NCBI GenBank assembly: GCA_038245585.1
Contig: JBBRSI010000001.1
Coordinates: 766-64,765, forward strand
DNA: 64,000 nt
DNA from: Chitinophagales bacterium
Lineage (GTDB): Bacteria > Bacteroidota > Bacteroidia > Chitinophagales > Chitinophagaceae
Direction: 5' to 3'
This document shows positions 27,271-37,010 of the stretch, one piece after another. The notes beneath the pieces were generated by a model. It saw only the letters and a list, made by a program, of their open reading frames with translations. It was not told the origin of the DNA and ran no database searches. The position numbers and the translations under genes were made by a program. How positions within the stretch are numbered: position 1 is the first letter of the stretch; each line of letters opens with the position of its first letter.

Positions 27271-29730
27271 ATGCAAATTAGAAAATTAAGTTTTTTATTA
27301 TGTTTGATGATTGGTTTTGCCGAAATTGTTTCTGCACAGCAAACTGATGTAGCAGCGTCTATTCAAAACCGTAGTTTTGATCCTGCCACTTTGCTATGGT
27401 ATGATGCACCTTCCAAAGTCTGGAACAATGCTTTGCCCGTTGGTAATGGCCGGCTGGGAGCAATGATATTCGGTACGCCGGATAATGAACGCATACAGTT
27501 TAATGAAGAAACCTATTGGTCAGGTGGCCCATATTCTTCGGTAACAAAGGGCGGCGCTAAGTATCTTCCCGAGGTGCAGAACCTGGTGTTCCAGAATAAA
27601 TTTCTGGAGGCACAAAAATTATTTGGTAGCAAACTAATGGGCTACCCGGTAGAGCAGCAAAAATATCAACCCATGGGAAACCTGGTGTTGCAATTTGATA
27701 ACGGTAAGGAACAAATGAATTATAAAAGATGGCTCGATCTTACGACCGGTATCAGCGGTGTAGAATATTCAGCCGAAGGTGTAAAATATCGCCGGGAAAT
27801 TTTTTCTTCCATTCCGGACCAGGTAATTGTAGTGAGGCTAACTGCAGATCAACAACAGAAAATTTCTTTCAAAGCAACTTTAAGAGGCGTGAGAAACCAG
27901 GACCACTCCAATTATGCAACAGATTATTTTCACATGTCTTCTGCCGGAAACAATACCTTAATATTAAACGGCAAGTCTGCAGATTATCTCGGTATAAAAG
28001 GACAGGTAAAATATGAAGCAAAATTAAAAGCAGTTTGTGAAGGCGGTAGCATGACAATGGATGGAGATTATCTTGACATAAAAAATGCTACTTCGGTAAC
28101 ACTCTACCTGGTAGCAGCCACCAATTTTGTAAATTACAAAGACGTAAGTGGAGATGAACATTCCCGTGTAGAAAACTACCTATCAGGTTTTCAAAACAAG
28201 TCTTATGATGCAATGAAATCGGGGCAGGTTGAAGGTTATCAAAAATATTTCAATAGGGTTACTTTAAAGCTGCCTAAAACAGCGCAATCTTATTTACCAA
28301 CAGATCAGCGTTTGCAAAATAATGTAACTGTATCAGATCCTGCTTTATCTGCATTGGCTTACCAGTTTGGCCGTTTTGTTTTAATTTCTTCATCGCTGCC
28401 GGGTACACAGGCTGCTAATCTCCAGGGTATCTGGAATGAAGATTCAGACCCGATGTGGGATTCAAAATATACCACTAATATTAATCTGCAAATGAGTTAC
28501 TGGCCCGCAGATGCCGGCAATCTTTCAGATTGTGCGGAACCATTGTACCAGTTTGTAAAAGATGTGAGTGACCAGGGAGCACAGGTTGCAAAAGAAAATT
28601 ATGGCTGCAGCGGCTGGGTATTTCATCAGAATTCAGATTTGTGGATGGTGGCTGCACCGATGGACGGCCCTACCTGGGGCACTTTCACAACAGGTGGTGC
28701 CTGGTTGTGTAACCAACTCTGGCAGCAATATCTTTATACAAAAGATCCTGAATTTCTAAAAAAGATTTATCCGCTTATAAAAGGATCGGCAGAATTTTTT
28801 ATGGACTTTTTGGTAAAACAGCCCGGCACCAATTTCTATGTAACCAACCCATCATCTTCACCGGAAAACTTTCCCGGCAGGCCAGGCAATAAAACCTATT
28901 TTGATGAAGTTACCGGTAGCTTTATTCCATTAACCAATATCTGTGCAGGCTCTTCTATTGATATGCAGATCATTCAAGATTTATTTTCCAGCTATACGAC
29001 TGCTGCAACACTTTTAAAAATTGATGGTGATTTTTCAAACAAAGTATCAGAAAGAAAAAAAATGTTACTGCCGCCAAAAATAGGTAAGGACGGAAGCTTG
29101 CAGGAATGGGCGCAGGACTGGGAACAAACAGAAAAGCCACACCGCCATCTTTCTCCCCTTTATGGATTGTACCCGGGCGATGTTTTTTCATTTTCAAAAA
29201 CACCGCAATTGATGGAAGCCTGTAAAACTTTGCTGGTTGGCCGGGGTGATGAAAGTTCCGAGTGGTCAAGAGCCTGGAAGGTTTGCCTTTGGGCGAGATT
29301 GAAAGATGGTAACCATGCACTTAAAATATTAAAAGGATATTATAAAGATGAAAGTCATGCCCAGTTACTTTCAGGTAGTGGAAGGGTTATGCAGATAGAT
29401 GGTACCATGGGTGTTGCAGCCGGCATTTCAGAAATGCTGATTCAATCGCAGGATGATAAAATTGAGTTACTTCCTGCCCTCCCGACCGAATGGAGCGAAG
29501 GTGAAGTAAAAGGGATGTGTACAAGAGGAGCCTTTACTATCAATATGAAATGGAATCAAAATAAAGTAACAGAGGTAGAAATATTGTCAAAGCAGGGCGG
29601 TACCTGCCGGTTACAAATGAACGTTAAAATGAAAGTTTATAACAAGGGCAAAGATGTAAAAGTGAAAACCAATAAGGATGGAACAATAGAATTTGAGACC
29701 ATAAAAAATACAATTTATATTTTTAAATAA
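27271..29730 (+). CDS. GH95-family alpha-L-fucosidase (secreted)
   Basis: 819 aa. The signal peptide ends in SAQQ. The N-terminal block LWYDAPSKVWNNALPVGNGRLGAM...NEETYWSGGPY and the overall size are typical of GH95. Confidence 0.85.
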   Translation: MQIRKLSFLLCLMIGFAEIVSAQQTDVAASIQNRSFDPATLLWYDAPSKVWNNALPVGNGRLGAMIFGTPDNERIQFNEETYWSGGPYSSVTKGGAKYLPEVQNLVFQNKFLEAQKLFGSKLMGYPVEQQKYQPMGNLVLQFDNGKEQMNYKRWLDLTTGISGVEYSAEGVKYRREIFSSIPDQVIVVRLTADQQQKISFKATLRGVRNQDHSNYATDYFHMSSAGNNTLILNGKSADYLGIKGQVKYEAKLKAVCEGGSMTMDGDYLDIKNATSVTLYLVAATNFVNYKDVSGDEHSRVENYLSGFQNKSYDAMKSGQVEGYQKYFNRVTLKLPKTAQSYLPTDQRLQNNVTVSDPALSALAYQFGRFVLISSSLPGTQAANLQGIWNEDSDPMWDSKYTTNINLQMSYWPADAGNLSDCAEPLYQFVKDVSDQGAQVAKENYGCSGWVFHQNSDLWMVAAPMDGPTWGTFTTGGAWLCNQLWQQYLYTKDPEFLKKIYPLIKGSAEFFMDFLVKQPGTNFYVTNPSSSPENFPGRPGNKTYFDEVTGSFIPLTNICAGSSIDMQIIQDLFSSYTTAATLLKIDGDFSNKVSERKKMLLPPKIGKDGSLQEWAQDWEQTEKPHRHLSPLYGLYPGDVFSFSKTPQLMEACKTLLVGRGDESSEWSRAWKVCLWARLKDGNHALKILKGYYKDESHAQLLSGSGRVMQIDGTMGVAAGISEMLIQSQDDKIELLPALPTEWSEGEVKGMCTRGAFTINMKWNQNKVTEVEILSKQGGTCRLQMNVKMKVYNKGKDVKVKTNKDGTIEFETIKNTIYIFK

Positions 29731-29819
29731 TCAGTAAAATTTTTTGTAATCAAAATTGAAAAGTCATAAAGATTAACCATATTTCAGTCATTAAACATCA
29801 GACAATTAAATTAAAACAC

Positions 29820-32048
29820 ATGAACAGAAACAGCATCTTAATCTCTTTTATTTTTTTCGGTGTTGGCTTTTTTCAGAACAACAATCTGCTTGCGCAGAAA
29901 CAGCTAACGCTAAATGATATTTACGCCAGTAATACCTATAGTCAAAAAGGATATGGCCCTGTGCGCTGGATGAAAGATAATGAAGGTTATTCTACTTTAG
30001 AATATGATAAAGCGTTTGGCGGAACAGATATTGTTCGCTACGATGCAAAAACAAATGAACGCAAGGTGCTTGTTTCTGCAAAACAGTTAATTCCAAAAAA
30101 TGAAAAAAATTCCTTGCAGATTTCAAATTATGAATGGTCCGACAATGATGGAAAGTTATTGATTTTTACAAATACCAGGCGGGTATGGAGATACAATACC
30201 CGTGGCGATTACTGGGTGCTCAATCTTACAACAGGCAACCTGCAACAAGTTGGTAAAAATGTAGAAGCGACCACTTTAATGTTTGCAAAATTTTCACCCG
30301 ATGCTTCCAAAGTTGCTTATGTGAGTAAGCAAAATATTTACGTCGAAGACCTGGCAACCGGCACCAGCAAACAACTTACACATGATGGTGGCGCCAATAT
30401 TATTAACGGCACTTTTGACTGGGTGTATGAAGAAGAACTGGACGACCGGGATGGTTTCCGCTGGAGCCCCGATGGCAATTACATCGCTTACTGGCAATCC
30501 GATACAAAAAATATCGGCACATTTTATTTGATAGATAATGTTGATTCTATTTATTCAAGACCAATACCATTGCCATATCAAAAAGTAGGAACCAAACTTT
30601 CTGCAGTAAAAGTGGGTGTAATTCCGGCAGCAGGTGGCAAAACATATTGGTTTAAAATTCCGGGAGATCCTGCAAACAATTACCTGGCCCGTATGGATTT
30701 TATACCTCATTCAAACGAAGTGATGGTGCAGCAACTGAACCGGCCGCAAAACGAAAATAAAATATGGATCGGCAATGTGAAATCAATGTCTCTTAAAAAT
30801 ATTTACACAGAAAAAGATCCTGATTTTCTTGATTTGCATGATGATATCCGTTGGCTGGATAATAACAAATATTTTACCTGGACGAGTGAGCAGGACGGCT
30901 GGAATCATTTATACAAAATATCCCGGGACGGCACCCAATCAACGTTAATTACAAAAGGTAAATTTGATGTGGTACAGATCAACTGTATCGATCCATATAA
31001 CGGGTATGTTTATTACATTGCTTCGCCGGATAATTTTACGCAACGCTATCTTTATCGCAGCAAACTAGACGGCAGCGGTGATGGTGAAAGAGTTACGCCT
31101 GCTGCGTTTTCCGGGCAAAGCAGTTACCAGGTTTCCGGCAATGCAGAGTGGGCAATACAGACTTTTCAAAATGCAACTACGCCGTCCGTAATTTCTTTGG
31201 TTCATCTTCCGGATCATAAAGCTGTGAGAACGTTACAGGATAACAATGAACTGAAAGAAAAATATGAAGCACTGAACCTGAACCCGAAAGAATTTTTAAA
31301 AGTAGATATCGGTGATGTAACCCTGGATGCGTGGATGATAAAACCACAAAATTTTGATCCGTCAAAAAAATATCCATTATTATTTTATGTGTATGGCGAG
31401 CCCGCCGGCTCTACCGTTCAGGATGATTGGGAAGGTGGCGCACTCTGGGATGAATATATGGCGCAGCAAGGAAATGTGGTGATGAGTGTGGACAACAGGG
31501 GAACGAAAACGCCCCGTGGTAAGGACTGGAGAAATTCTATTTACGGACAAATTGGTATCCTTGCATCCATGGACCAGGCAGCAGCAGCGAAGAAAATTTT
31601 CAGTATGTATTCATTTATTGATACTTCCCGGGTTGGTATCTGGGGCTGGAGTGGTGGCGGACAAATGACACTTAATTGCATGTTCCGTCATCCGGATATT
31701 TATAAAACGGGCCTGGCGGTATCTTTTGTTTCTGACCAAAGATTGTATGATGCTACCTACCAGGAACGATACATGGGTTTGCTGACAGATAATGCCAAAG
31801 GTTATCACGATGGTTCGCCCATAAACTTTGCAAAAAACCTTCAGGGTACATTAATGATTATTGCCGGCACGGGAGATGATAATGTACATTACCAAAGTTT
31901 TGAAATGCTGACAGATGAATTGATAAAAAATAATAAAATGTTTTACATGATGTCTTACCCGATGCGTTCGCATGGTATTTACGAAAGAGAAAATACATCG
32001 CTTCACTTAAGAGAAACGATGGCAAAATACTGGAAAGAGCATTTATAA
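29820..32048 (+). CDS. Dipeptidyl-peptidase IV (S9B family prolyl dipeptidyl peptidase), secreted
   Basis: 742 aa. A beta-propeller N-half is followed by an alpha/beta-hydrolase C-half. The catalytic triad contexts are Ser GIWGWSGGG, Asp GTGDDNVHYQ and His PMRSHGI. Confidence 0.9.
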   Translation: MNRNSILISFIFFGVGFFQNNNLLAQKQLTLNDIYASNTYSQKGYGPVRWMKDNEGYSTLEYDKAFGGTDIVRYDAKTNERKVLVSAKQLIPKNEKNSLQISNYEWSDNDGKLLIFTNTRRVWRYNTRGDYWVLNLTTGNLQQVGKNVEATTLMFAKFSPDASKVAYVSKQNIYVEDLATGTSKQLTHDGGANIINGTFDWVYEEELDDRDGFRWSPDGNYIAYWQSDTKNIGTFYLIDNVDSIYSRPIPLPYQKVGTKLSAVKVGVIPAAGGKTYWFKIPGDPANNYLARMDFIPHSNEVMVQQLNRPQNENKIWIGNVKSMSLKNIYTEKDPDFLDLHDDIRWLDNNKYFTWTSEQDGWNHLYKISRDGTQSTLITKGKFDVVQINCIDPYNGYVYYIASPDNFTQRYLYRSKLDGSGDGERVTPAAFSGQSSYQVSGNAEWAIQTFQNATTPSVISLVHLPDHKAVRTLQDNNELKEKYEALNLNPKEFLKVDIGDVTLDAWMIKPQNFDPSKKYPLLFYVYGEPAGSTVQDDWEGGALWDEYMAQQGNVVMSVDNRGTKTPRGKDWRNSIYGQIGILASMDQAAAAKKIFSMYSFIDTSRVGIWGWSGGGQMTLNCMFRHPDIYKTGLAVSFVSDQRLYDATYQERYMGLLTDNAKGYHDGSPINFAKNLQGTLMIIAGTGDDNVHYQSFEMLTDELIKNNKMFYMMSYPMRSHGIYERENTSLHLRETMAKYWKEHL

Positions 32049-32072
32049 TAACTGAATCATTAATAAAAAAAT

Positions 32073-33629
32073 ATGGAAAATTTCCCAAGTATATTTAATG
32101 ATGTGATAGGGCCTGTAATGCGTGGCCCGTCCAGTTCTCATTGTGCAGCTTCTCTTAGAATTGGAAGGTTGTGCAGGGATTTGATGCAAGATAATATAGC
32201 AAATATTTTAATTGAATTCGATCCGACCGGATCATTAGCAGACACACATACCGGGCAGGGTTCTGATATGGGATTATACGGTGGGTTTTTAGGATGGGAA
32301 GCAGATGATGAACGTTTGCCCGAATCTGAAAAATACATTGCGGAAGCCGGTATCCCGGTTCAATTTGCTGTAAGAGATATTAATGCAGCACATTTAAATA
32401 CGTACCTGATTACGTTAACTAATTCTAAAGAAAAAAGAACAGTAACTGCAATTTCTACAGGTGGTGGTATGATTGAAGTAATCGCCATTGATGGAATAAC
32501 GGTTTCTATGATGGGTGATTTTTTCGAAACGTTGGTCTATTGCAAATCACCCGACAAGATTTTGGAATTAATTAATAACGGGATGCATTATGACTACCTT
32601 ATTGTATCAGATGAAAATCCACATTTTATTGAAATAAAAGCACAACATTTTCCGGATGAATTACTGCAGGAAAAATTAGCATCTATGGAAGATGTACTGT
32701 TCATAAAAAAGCTAAGTCCTGTGCTTCCGGTCTTATCAAGAAAAGATGTAAAAGTGCCTTTTACTACCTGCAACGAAATGTTGGAATATAACTGCGATAA
32801 AAATTTTTCTCTGTTGGAGTTGGCTATTCGTTATGAAAGTCTAAGAGGAAATATTTCTGCTGAAGAGATCATGGAGAAGATGAGGAAGATCGTGCGCATT
32901 CTAAAGGACTCAATAAAATCCGGATTAGAAGGCACACATTATGCCGACCGATTGCTGGGTAGTCAGTCTGTAAATTTCAAAAGCCAATTGCAAAACAAAA
33001 AATTAGTCAATACCGGGGCGCTGAATAATGTAGTGATGTACGTATCAGCGTTGATGGAAGTAAAGAGTTCAATGGGTGTTATTGTAGCGGCGCCTACGGC
33101 TGGTTCATGTGGTACTTTGCCGGGTGCTGTAATAGGTACTGCAGATTTTATAAATGCATCTGAAGATGAAATTATTGAAGCTATGTTAGTGGCAGGTATC
33201 ATTGGAATTTTTATTGCGACGCAGTCTACTTTTGCAGGTGAAGTGGCTGGATGTGGAGTAGAATATGGTTCCGGCGGCAGCATGGCTGCGGCAGGTATTG
33301 TTTATCTTTTAAAAGGATCACTTGACCAATCTCTTGCGGCTGCTTCTATGGTGTTACAAAGTACACTTGGACTGTCCTGCACACCTATCGCAAATAGAGT
33401 AGAAGCGCCATGTTTGGGCAATAATATAATGTCAGCAACCAACGCAGTTACCTTTGCAAATATGGCACTCTCGGGATACGATCCATTGATACCATTAGAC
33501 GAAGTAATTCAAACCATGCATACCATAGGCATGGCAATACCACACGAATTTAAATGCACAAATATCGGCGGATTGTGTGCTACAAAAACAGCTAAAATTT
33601 TGGAAGCGAAATTAAATTCGAAACAATAA
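32073..33629 (+). CDS. Iron-sulfur L-serine dehydratase family protein (fused beta+alpha, SdaA-like)
   Basis: N-terminal SIFNDVIGPVMRGPSSSHCAA (the GPSSSH block). The alpha-domain blocks are PTAGSCGTLPGA, GCGVEYGSGGSMAAAG and LGLSCTPIANRVEAPC. At 518 aa it is longer than E. coli SdaA (454 aa). Confidence 0.75.
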   Translation: MENFPSIFNDVIGPVMRGPSSSHCAASLRIGRLCRDLMQDNIANILIEFDPTGSLADTHTGQGSDMGLYGGFLGWEADDERLPESEKYIAEAGIPVQFAVRDINAAHLNTYLITLTNSKEKRTVTAISTGGGMIEVIAIDGITVSMMGDFFETLVYCKSPDKILELINNGMHYDYLIVSDENPHFIEIKAQHFPDELLQEKLASMEDVLFIKKLSPVLPVLSRKDVKVPFTTCNEMLEYNCDKNFSLLELAIRYESLRGNISAEEIMEKMRKIVRILKDSIKSGLEGTHYADRLLGSQSVNFKSQLQNKKLVNTGALNNVVMYVSALMEVKSSMGVIVAAPTAGSCGTLPGAVIGTADFINASEDEIIEAMLVAGIIGIFIATQSTFAGEVAGCGVEYGSGGSMAAAGIVYLLKGSLDQSLAAASMVLQSTLGLSCTPIANRVEAPCLGNNIMSATNAVTFANMALSGYDPLIPLDEVIQTMHTIGMAIPHEFKCTNIGGLCATKTAKILEAKLNSKQ

Positions 33630-33720
33630 ATTTTTAGAAGAAAATTTTGATTTCAAACTAAGCTTACAAAATATCAAGAGATAGTTTTATTTAAAATAAA
33701 AATAAAAATAAAAGTGCGTT

Positions 33721-35106
33721 ATGTTCAGCAAAGAAACTTATAAAACAAGACGGGAAGCATTAAAAAAACAGGTTGGCCATGGCCTGATATTATTATTGGG
33801 AAATGAGGAAAGTCCCATGAATTATTTAGATAATACTTATCACTTTCGGCAGGACAGTAATTTTTTATATTTCTTCGGCATGGATCGTCCCGGGCTGCAT
33901 GCAATAATTGATATGGATACTAATACGGAAATTATTTTCGGTGATGATATTAGTGTAGAAGATATCATCTGGACCGGTCCGCTGCAATCTTTAAATGATC
34001 ATGCTGCACAGGCCGGTGTTTTAAAAACAGCTTCCTCAATATCTATTACAGACAGCATTGATGCGGCCGTTATTCAAAAAAGAAAAATTCATTATTTGCC
34101 GCCATATCGTGCAGATAATATGCAAAAATTAACGGCCTGGTTACACATTCCTTGGGAACTCTTAAAATCCAGCGCAAGTGTTGAGCTCATTAAAGCAATA
34201 GTGGCGCAGCGCTCTGTAAAATCTTCGGAAGAAATCATTGAAATTGAAAAAGGCGTAAACACTACCATTGACATGCAAACCAAAGCCGCCAGGCTTGCCC
34301 AGGACGGTGTTTCCGAAACAAATATTTCCGGCATTATACATGGCATGGCACTTTGTGCCGGTGGTAATCTTGCGTTTCCAACTATTCTAACCGTAAACGG
34401 ACAAATTCTGCACAATCATTCCCAGGGAAATATTTTAAAAAGCGGCCAGATGTTGTTGTGCGATTGTGGTGCAGAAACGGCGATGCATTACGGTGGCGAT
34501 CTTACCCGCACTTCACCGGTAGATGAAAAATTTAGCAGCAGGCAAAAAGAAATTTATGATATCGTCGTACAGTCTCATGAAGCTGCGATTGATTTATTAA
34601 AACCGGGTGTTTTATTCAAAGATGTTCATCTGCACGCCTGTGAAAAACTGGCGGAAGGTTTAAAATTACTTGGCCTTATGAAAGGGGATGTGAAAGAAGC
34701 AGTAAGCCAGGGAGCGCATGCCATGTTTTTTCAATGTGGCCTTGGGCACATGCTCGGGTTAGATACGCATGATATGGAAGATCTGGGAGAGGAATATGTA
34801 GGTTATACAGAGACCTTACAAAAGAGTACACAGTTCGGATTAAAATCTTTACGGCTGGGCCGGAAAATAGAAAGCGGTTTTGTATTAACAGTCGAACCAG
34901 GTATCTATATGATACCAGAATTAATTGATCTATGGAAATCTGAAAATAGATTTACTGATTTTATTAATTATGAAAAACTGGAAAACTATAAAGATTTTGG
35001 CGGCATTAGAATAGAAGAAGATCTATTGATAACAGAAAACGGCAGCCGGATATTGGGTAAAACCTTAAGCCGGAATACGGAAGAAATAAAGAAGAATGCT
35101 GTGTAA
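33721..35106 (+). CDS. M24B-family Xaa-Pro aminopeptidase / prolidase
   Basis: 461 aa. AMP_N-like N-terminus and pita-bread-fold metal ligand contexts (CDCGAE, HYGGDLTRT, GLGHMLGLDTHD, VEPGIY, IRIEEDLL). Confidence 0.85.
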   Translation: MFSKETYKTRREALKKQVGHGLILLLGNEESPMNYLDNTYHFRQDSNFLYFFGMDRPGLHAIIDMDTNTEIIFGDDISVEDIIWTGPLQSLNDHAAQAGVLKTASSISITDSIDAAVIQKRKIHYLPPYRADNMQKLTAWLHIPWELLKSSASVELIKAIVAQRSVKSSEEIIEIEKGVNTTIDMQTKAARLAQDGVSETNISGIIHGMALCAGGNLAFPTILTVNGQILHNHSQGNILKSGQMLLCDCGAETAMHYGGDLTRTSPVDEKFSSRQKEIYDIVVQSHEAAIDLLKPGVLFKDVHLHACEKLAEGLKLLGLMKGDVKEAVSQGAHAMFFQCGLGHMLGLDTHDMEDLGEEYVGYTETLQKSTQFGLKSLRLGRKIESGFVLTVEPGIYMIPELIDLWKSENRFTDFINYEKLENYKDFGGIRIEEDLLITENGSRILGKTLSRNTEEIKKNAV

Positions 35107-35474
35107 ATTCCAGTGCTTATTTTATTGTTTAGGAGAAATAAATAAAATTAAAATCTGAAACGGTTAGTGGAAATAATATGAATATATATGTACTTAATAG
35201 CGGTTCTAAAAGCATCGGACAATATAAAAGAGGTGCATATGGGCAATTGCAACTTATTGCTACAATAACAGGCTTATCTGCTTCACAAGCGGGATTGACA
35301 GCTTATTATTAATTTTAAATAAAATAAAAAGAGTCGCATTTGTAATGATTGCGGCACTTTCTTTTATTTTATGCAACAGAATGTATTCCATTTATTGTCT
35401 TGTTAAATACATGTTGGAGACAGTGATTTATATTTAAATTGCTAACCGGATTTTAAATATTAAAAAATTTATTT

Positions 35475-35834
35475 ATGACAACAAAGGAAATTGCAAACCG
35501 GCTCATATCGCTCTGCCAAAAGGGTGACTTTCATAAAGCCATTGAAGAGTTATATTCCCAGGATGCGGTGAGCCTGGAACAACAAGCCACACCAGCTTTT
35601 GAAAAAGAAACCAAAGGCCTGGATGCTATTTATGAAAAGGGAAAAAAATGGAATGAAATGGTGGAAGAAGTGCACGCTATTACCGTGTCAGAACCCATTA
35701 TTGCAGACCAATCATTTGCCTGTACTATGCGCATGGATGTAACCATGAAAGGTATGGGTAAAATGGATATGACGGAACTTTGCGTGTATAAGGTTAAGGA
35801 CGGAAAAGTTGTGCAGGAAGAATTTTTCAGCTAG
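35475..35834 (+). CDS. SnoaL-like / NTF2-fold small protein
   Basis: 119 aa. Size and pattern (ANRLISLCQKGDFHKAIEELYSQDAVS) are typical of SnoaL_2/NTF2-like proteins. Function unknown. Confidence 0.55.
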   Translation: MTTKEIANRLISLCQKGDFHKAIEELYSQDAVSLEQQATPAFEKETKGLDAIYEKGKKWNEMVEEVHAITVSEPIIADQSFACTMRMDVTMKGMGKMDMTELCVYKVKDGKVVQEEFFS

Positions 35835-35974
35835 GATTTTTGCCCCGGTTATTTTCATGAACATGTATTCATAACAGTTGGTTTCAAAAAAACGAACAGG
35901 TAATTTTATTGTGTAAAATTTATACACACATTATCCGTTTGAAATATAATGCTGCACGGATACGTTTATTTCTA

Positions 35975-35982
35975 TATTTTTG
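35975..35982 (+). promoter_or_regulatory. Bacteroidota-type -7 promoter box TATTTTTG for the PorP/SprF gene
   Basis: Perfect TAnnTTTG match, 18 nt upstream of the ATG at 36001. It overlaps the tracked TTG start at 35980, which argues for the 36001 start. Confidence 0.5.
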
Positions 35983-36000
35983 ATGCCCGATAAACTAATT

Positions 36001-37008
36001 ATGCGGAAAATTTTATTCATCCTTTGTGGTTCCATTTTCACTGTGCTTTCTTTAAAAGCACAAGACCCTCATTTTTCTCAATTCTTTTCATCGCCGCTTA
36101 CATTAAATCCTGCTTTCACAGGCAAATTCAATGGCAATTTCCGCGTTGCAGGTAATTACCGCGATCAATGGCCAACGATCAATCGAGCCTACCAGACTTC
36201 TACAGTTTCTGTGGATTTTCCTATTCTCAAAAACCGGATCGCCAGCAATGATACATGGGGAGTTGGGCTAATGGGATATTCAGATAAAAGTGCTGCCGGT
36301 GCAGTATCATTCAATTACGTATCACTTTCTACGGCATTTCATAAAGGCCTTGATGAAGAAGGATATAGTCAATTAGGTGCGGGCTTCCAGGCAACTTATA
36401 GCAATATGCTTATCAACCCGGCCAACTTAAAATTTGAAGACCAGCTTACGCCATTTGGTTTTACCGGCGTAACGAGCGAAACCTTTGCCAATGCTACACT
36501 CAAATCAAGTTATTTTGATATGAATGCAGGATTGTTATATTCTACCAGCAGTACAGACCGGAATAATTTATATGTAGGTGTAAGTGTTTACCATATCAAC
36601 AGGCCCAAACAAAATTTTAATACCGGAGCAGAGTTTTTAATAAATCCACGAAGTACGATTCACGCAGGAGGTTATTTTGGTTTGGGGGAAAATGTGACGC
36701 TGCACCTCAGTGCTTTATATACCTCGCAGGCCAAAGCACATGAAACAGTTGCCGGTGGCGCAGTAGAATTTTCCACAGGTGATCCATATAATCCTTTTAG
36801 TTTATATGCCGGAAGCTGGATTCGGTTGAATGATGCTTTGATACCTTATGTAGGCATTGAATACAATAGTTTCCGCCTGGGTATAACATACGATATAAAT
36901 ACGTCGTTATTGAAAACTGCTTCTGAAAGCCGCGGTGGACTGGAGATTTCGCTCATCTATATCAATAAGAAGCCGGATAGCAAAGGGGTCCCCTGCCCGA
37001 AATTTTAA
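36001..37008 (+). CDS. PorP/SprF-family type IX secretion system membrane protein
   Basis: A signal peptide is followed by the hallmark QDPHFSQFFSSPLTLNPAFTG (family consensus QDPxFSQYxxNPLxxNPAxxG). The beta-barrel-like C-terminus ends in F. Confidence 0.85.
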   Translation: MRKILFILCGSIFTVLSLKAQDPHFSQFFSSPLTLNPAFTGKFNGNFRVAGNYRDQWPTINRAYQTSTVSVDFPILKNRIASNDTWGVGLMGYSDKSAAGAVSFNYVSLSTAFHKGLDEEGYSQLGAGFQATYSNMLINPANLKFEDQLTPFGFTGVTSETFANATLKSSYFDMNAGLLYSTSSTDRNNLYVGVSVYHINRPKQNFNTGAEFLINPRSTIHAGGYFGLGENVTLHLSALYTSQAKAHETVAGGAVEFSTGDPYNPFSLYAGSWIRLNDALIPYVGIEYNSFRLGITYDINTSLLKTASESRGGLEISLIYINKKPDSKGVPCPKF

Positions 37009-37010
37009 TT

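Noticed and set aside
35178-35312. A 44-codon ORF (MNIYVLNSGSKSIGQYKRGAYGQLQLIATITGLSASQAGLTAYY) in the 370-bp spacer after the Xaa-Pro aminopeptidase gene, followed by an imperfect hairpin and a T-run.
   Set aside because: It has no recognisable family, no clear promoter box and no TM or signal feature. The downstream hairpin needs two bulges. It cannot be distinguished from a chance ORF without conservation or Ribo-seq data.
23125-35470. Genomic island integrated at tRNA-Leu, covering the accessory-looking catabolic genes directly downstream of the tRNA.
   Set aside because: There is no integrase, excisionase or mobility gene. I found no direct repeat of the tRNA 3' end. The only resemblance is AATTCCAGTGC at about 35108 versus AATCCAGTCCCGGGC, which is too weak. 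The decay signs (GH29 remnant) are reported separately.
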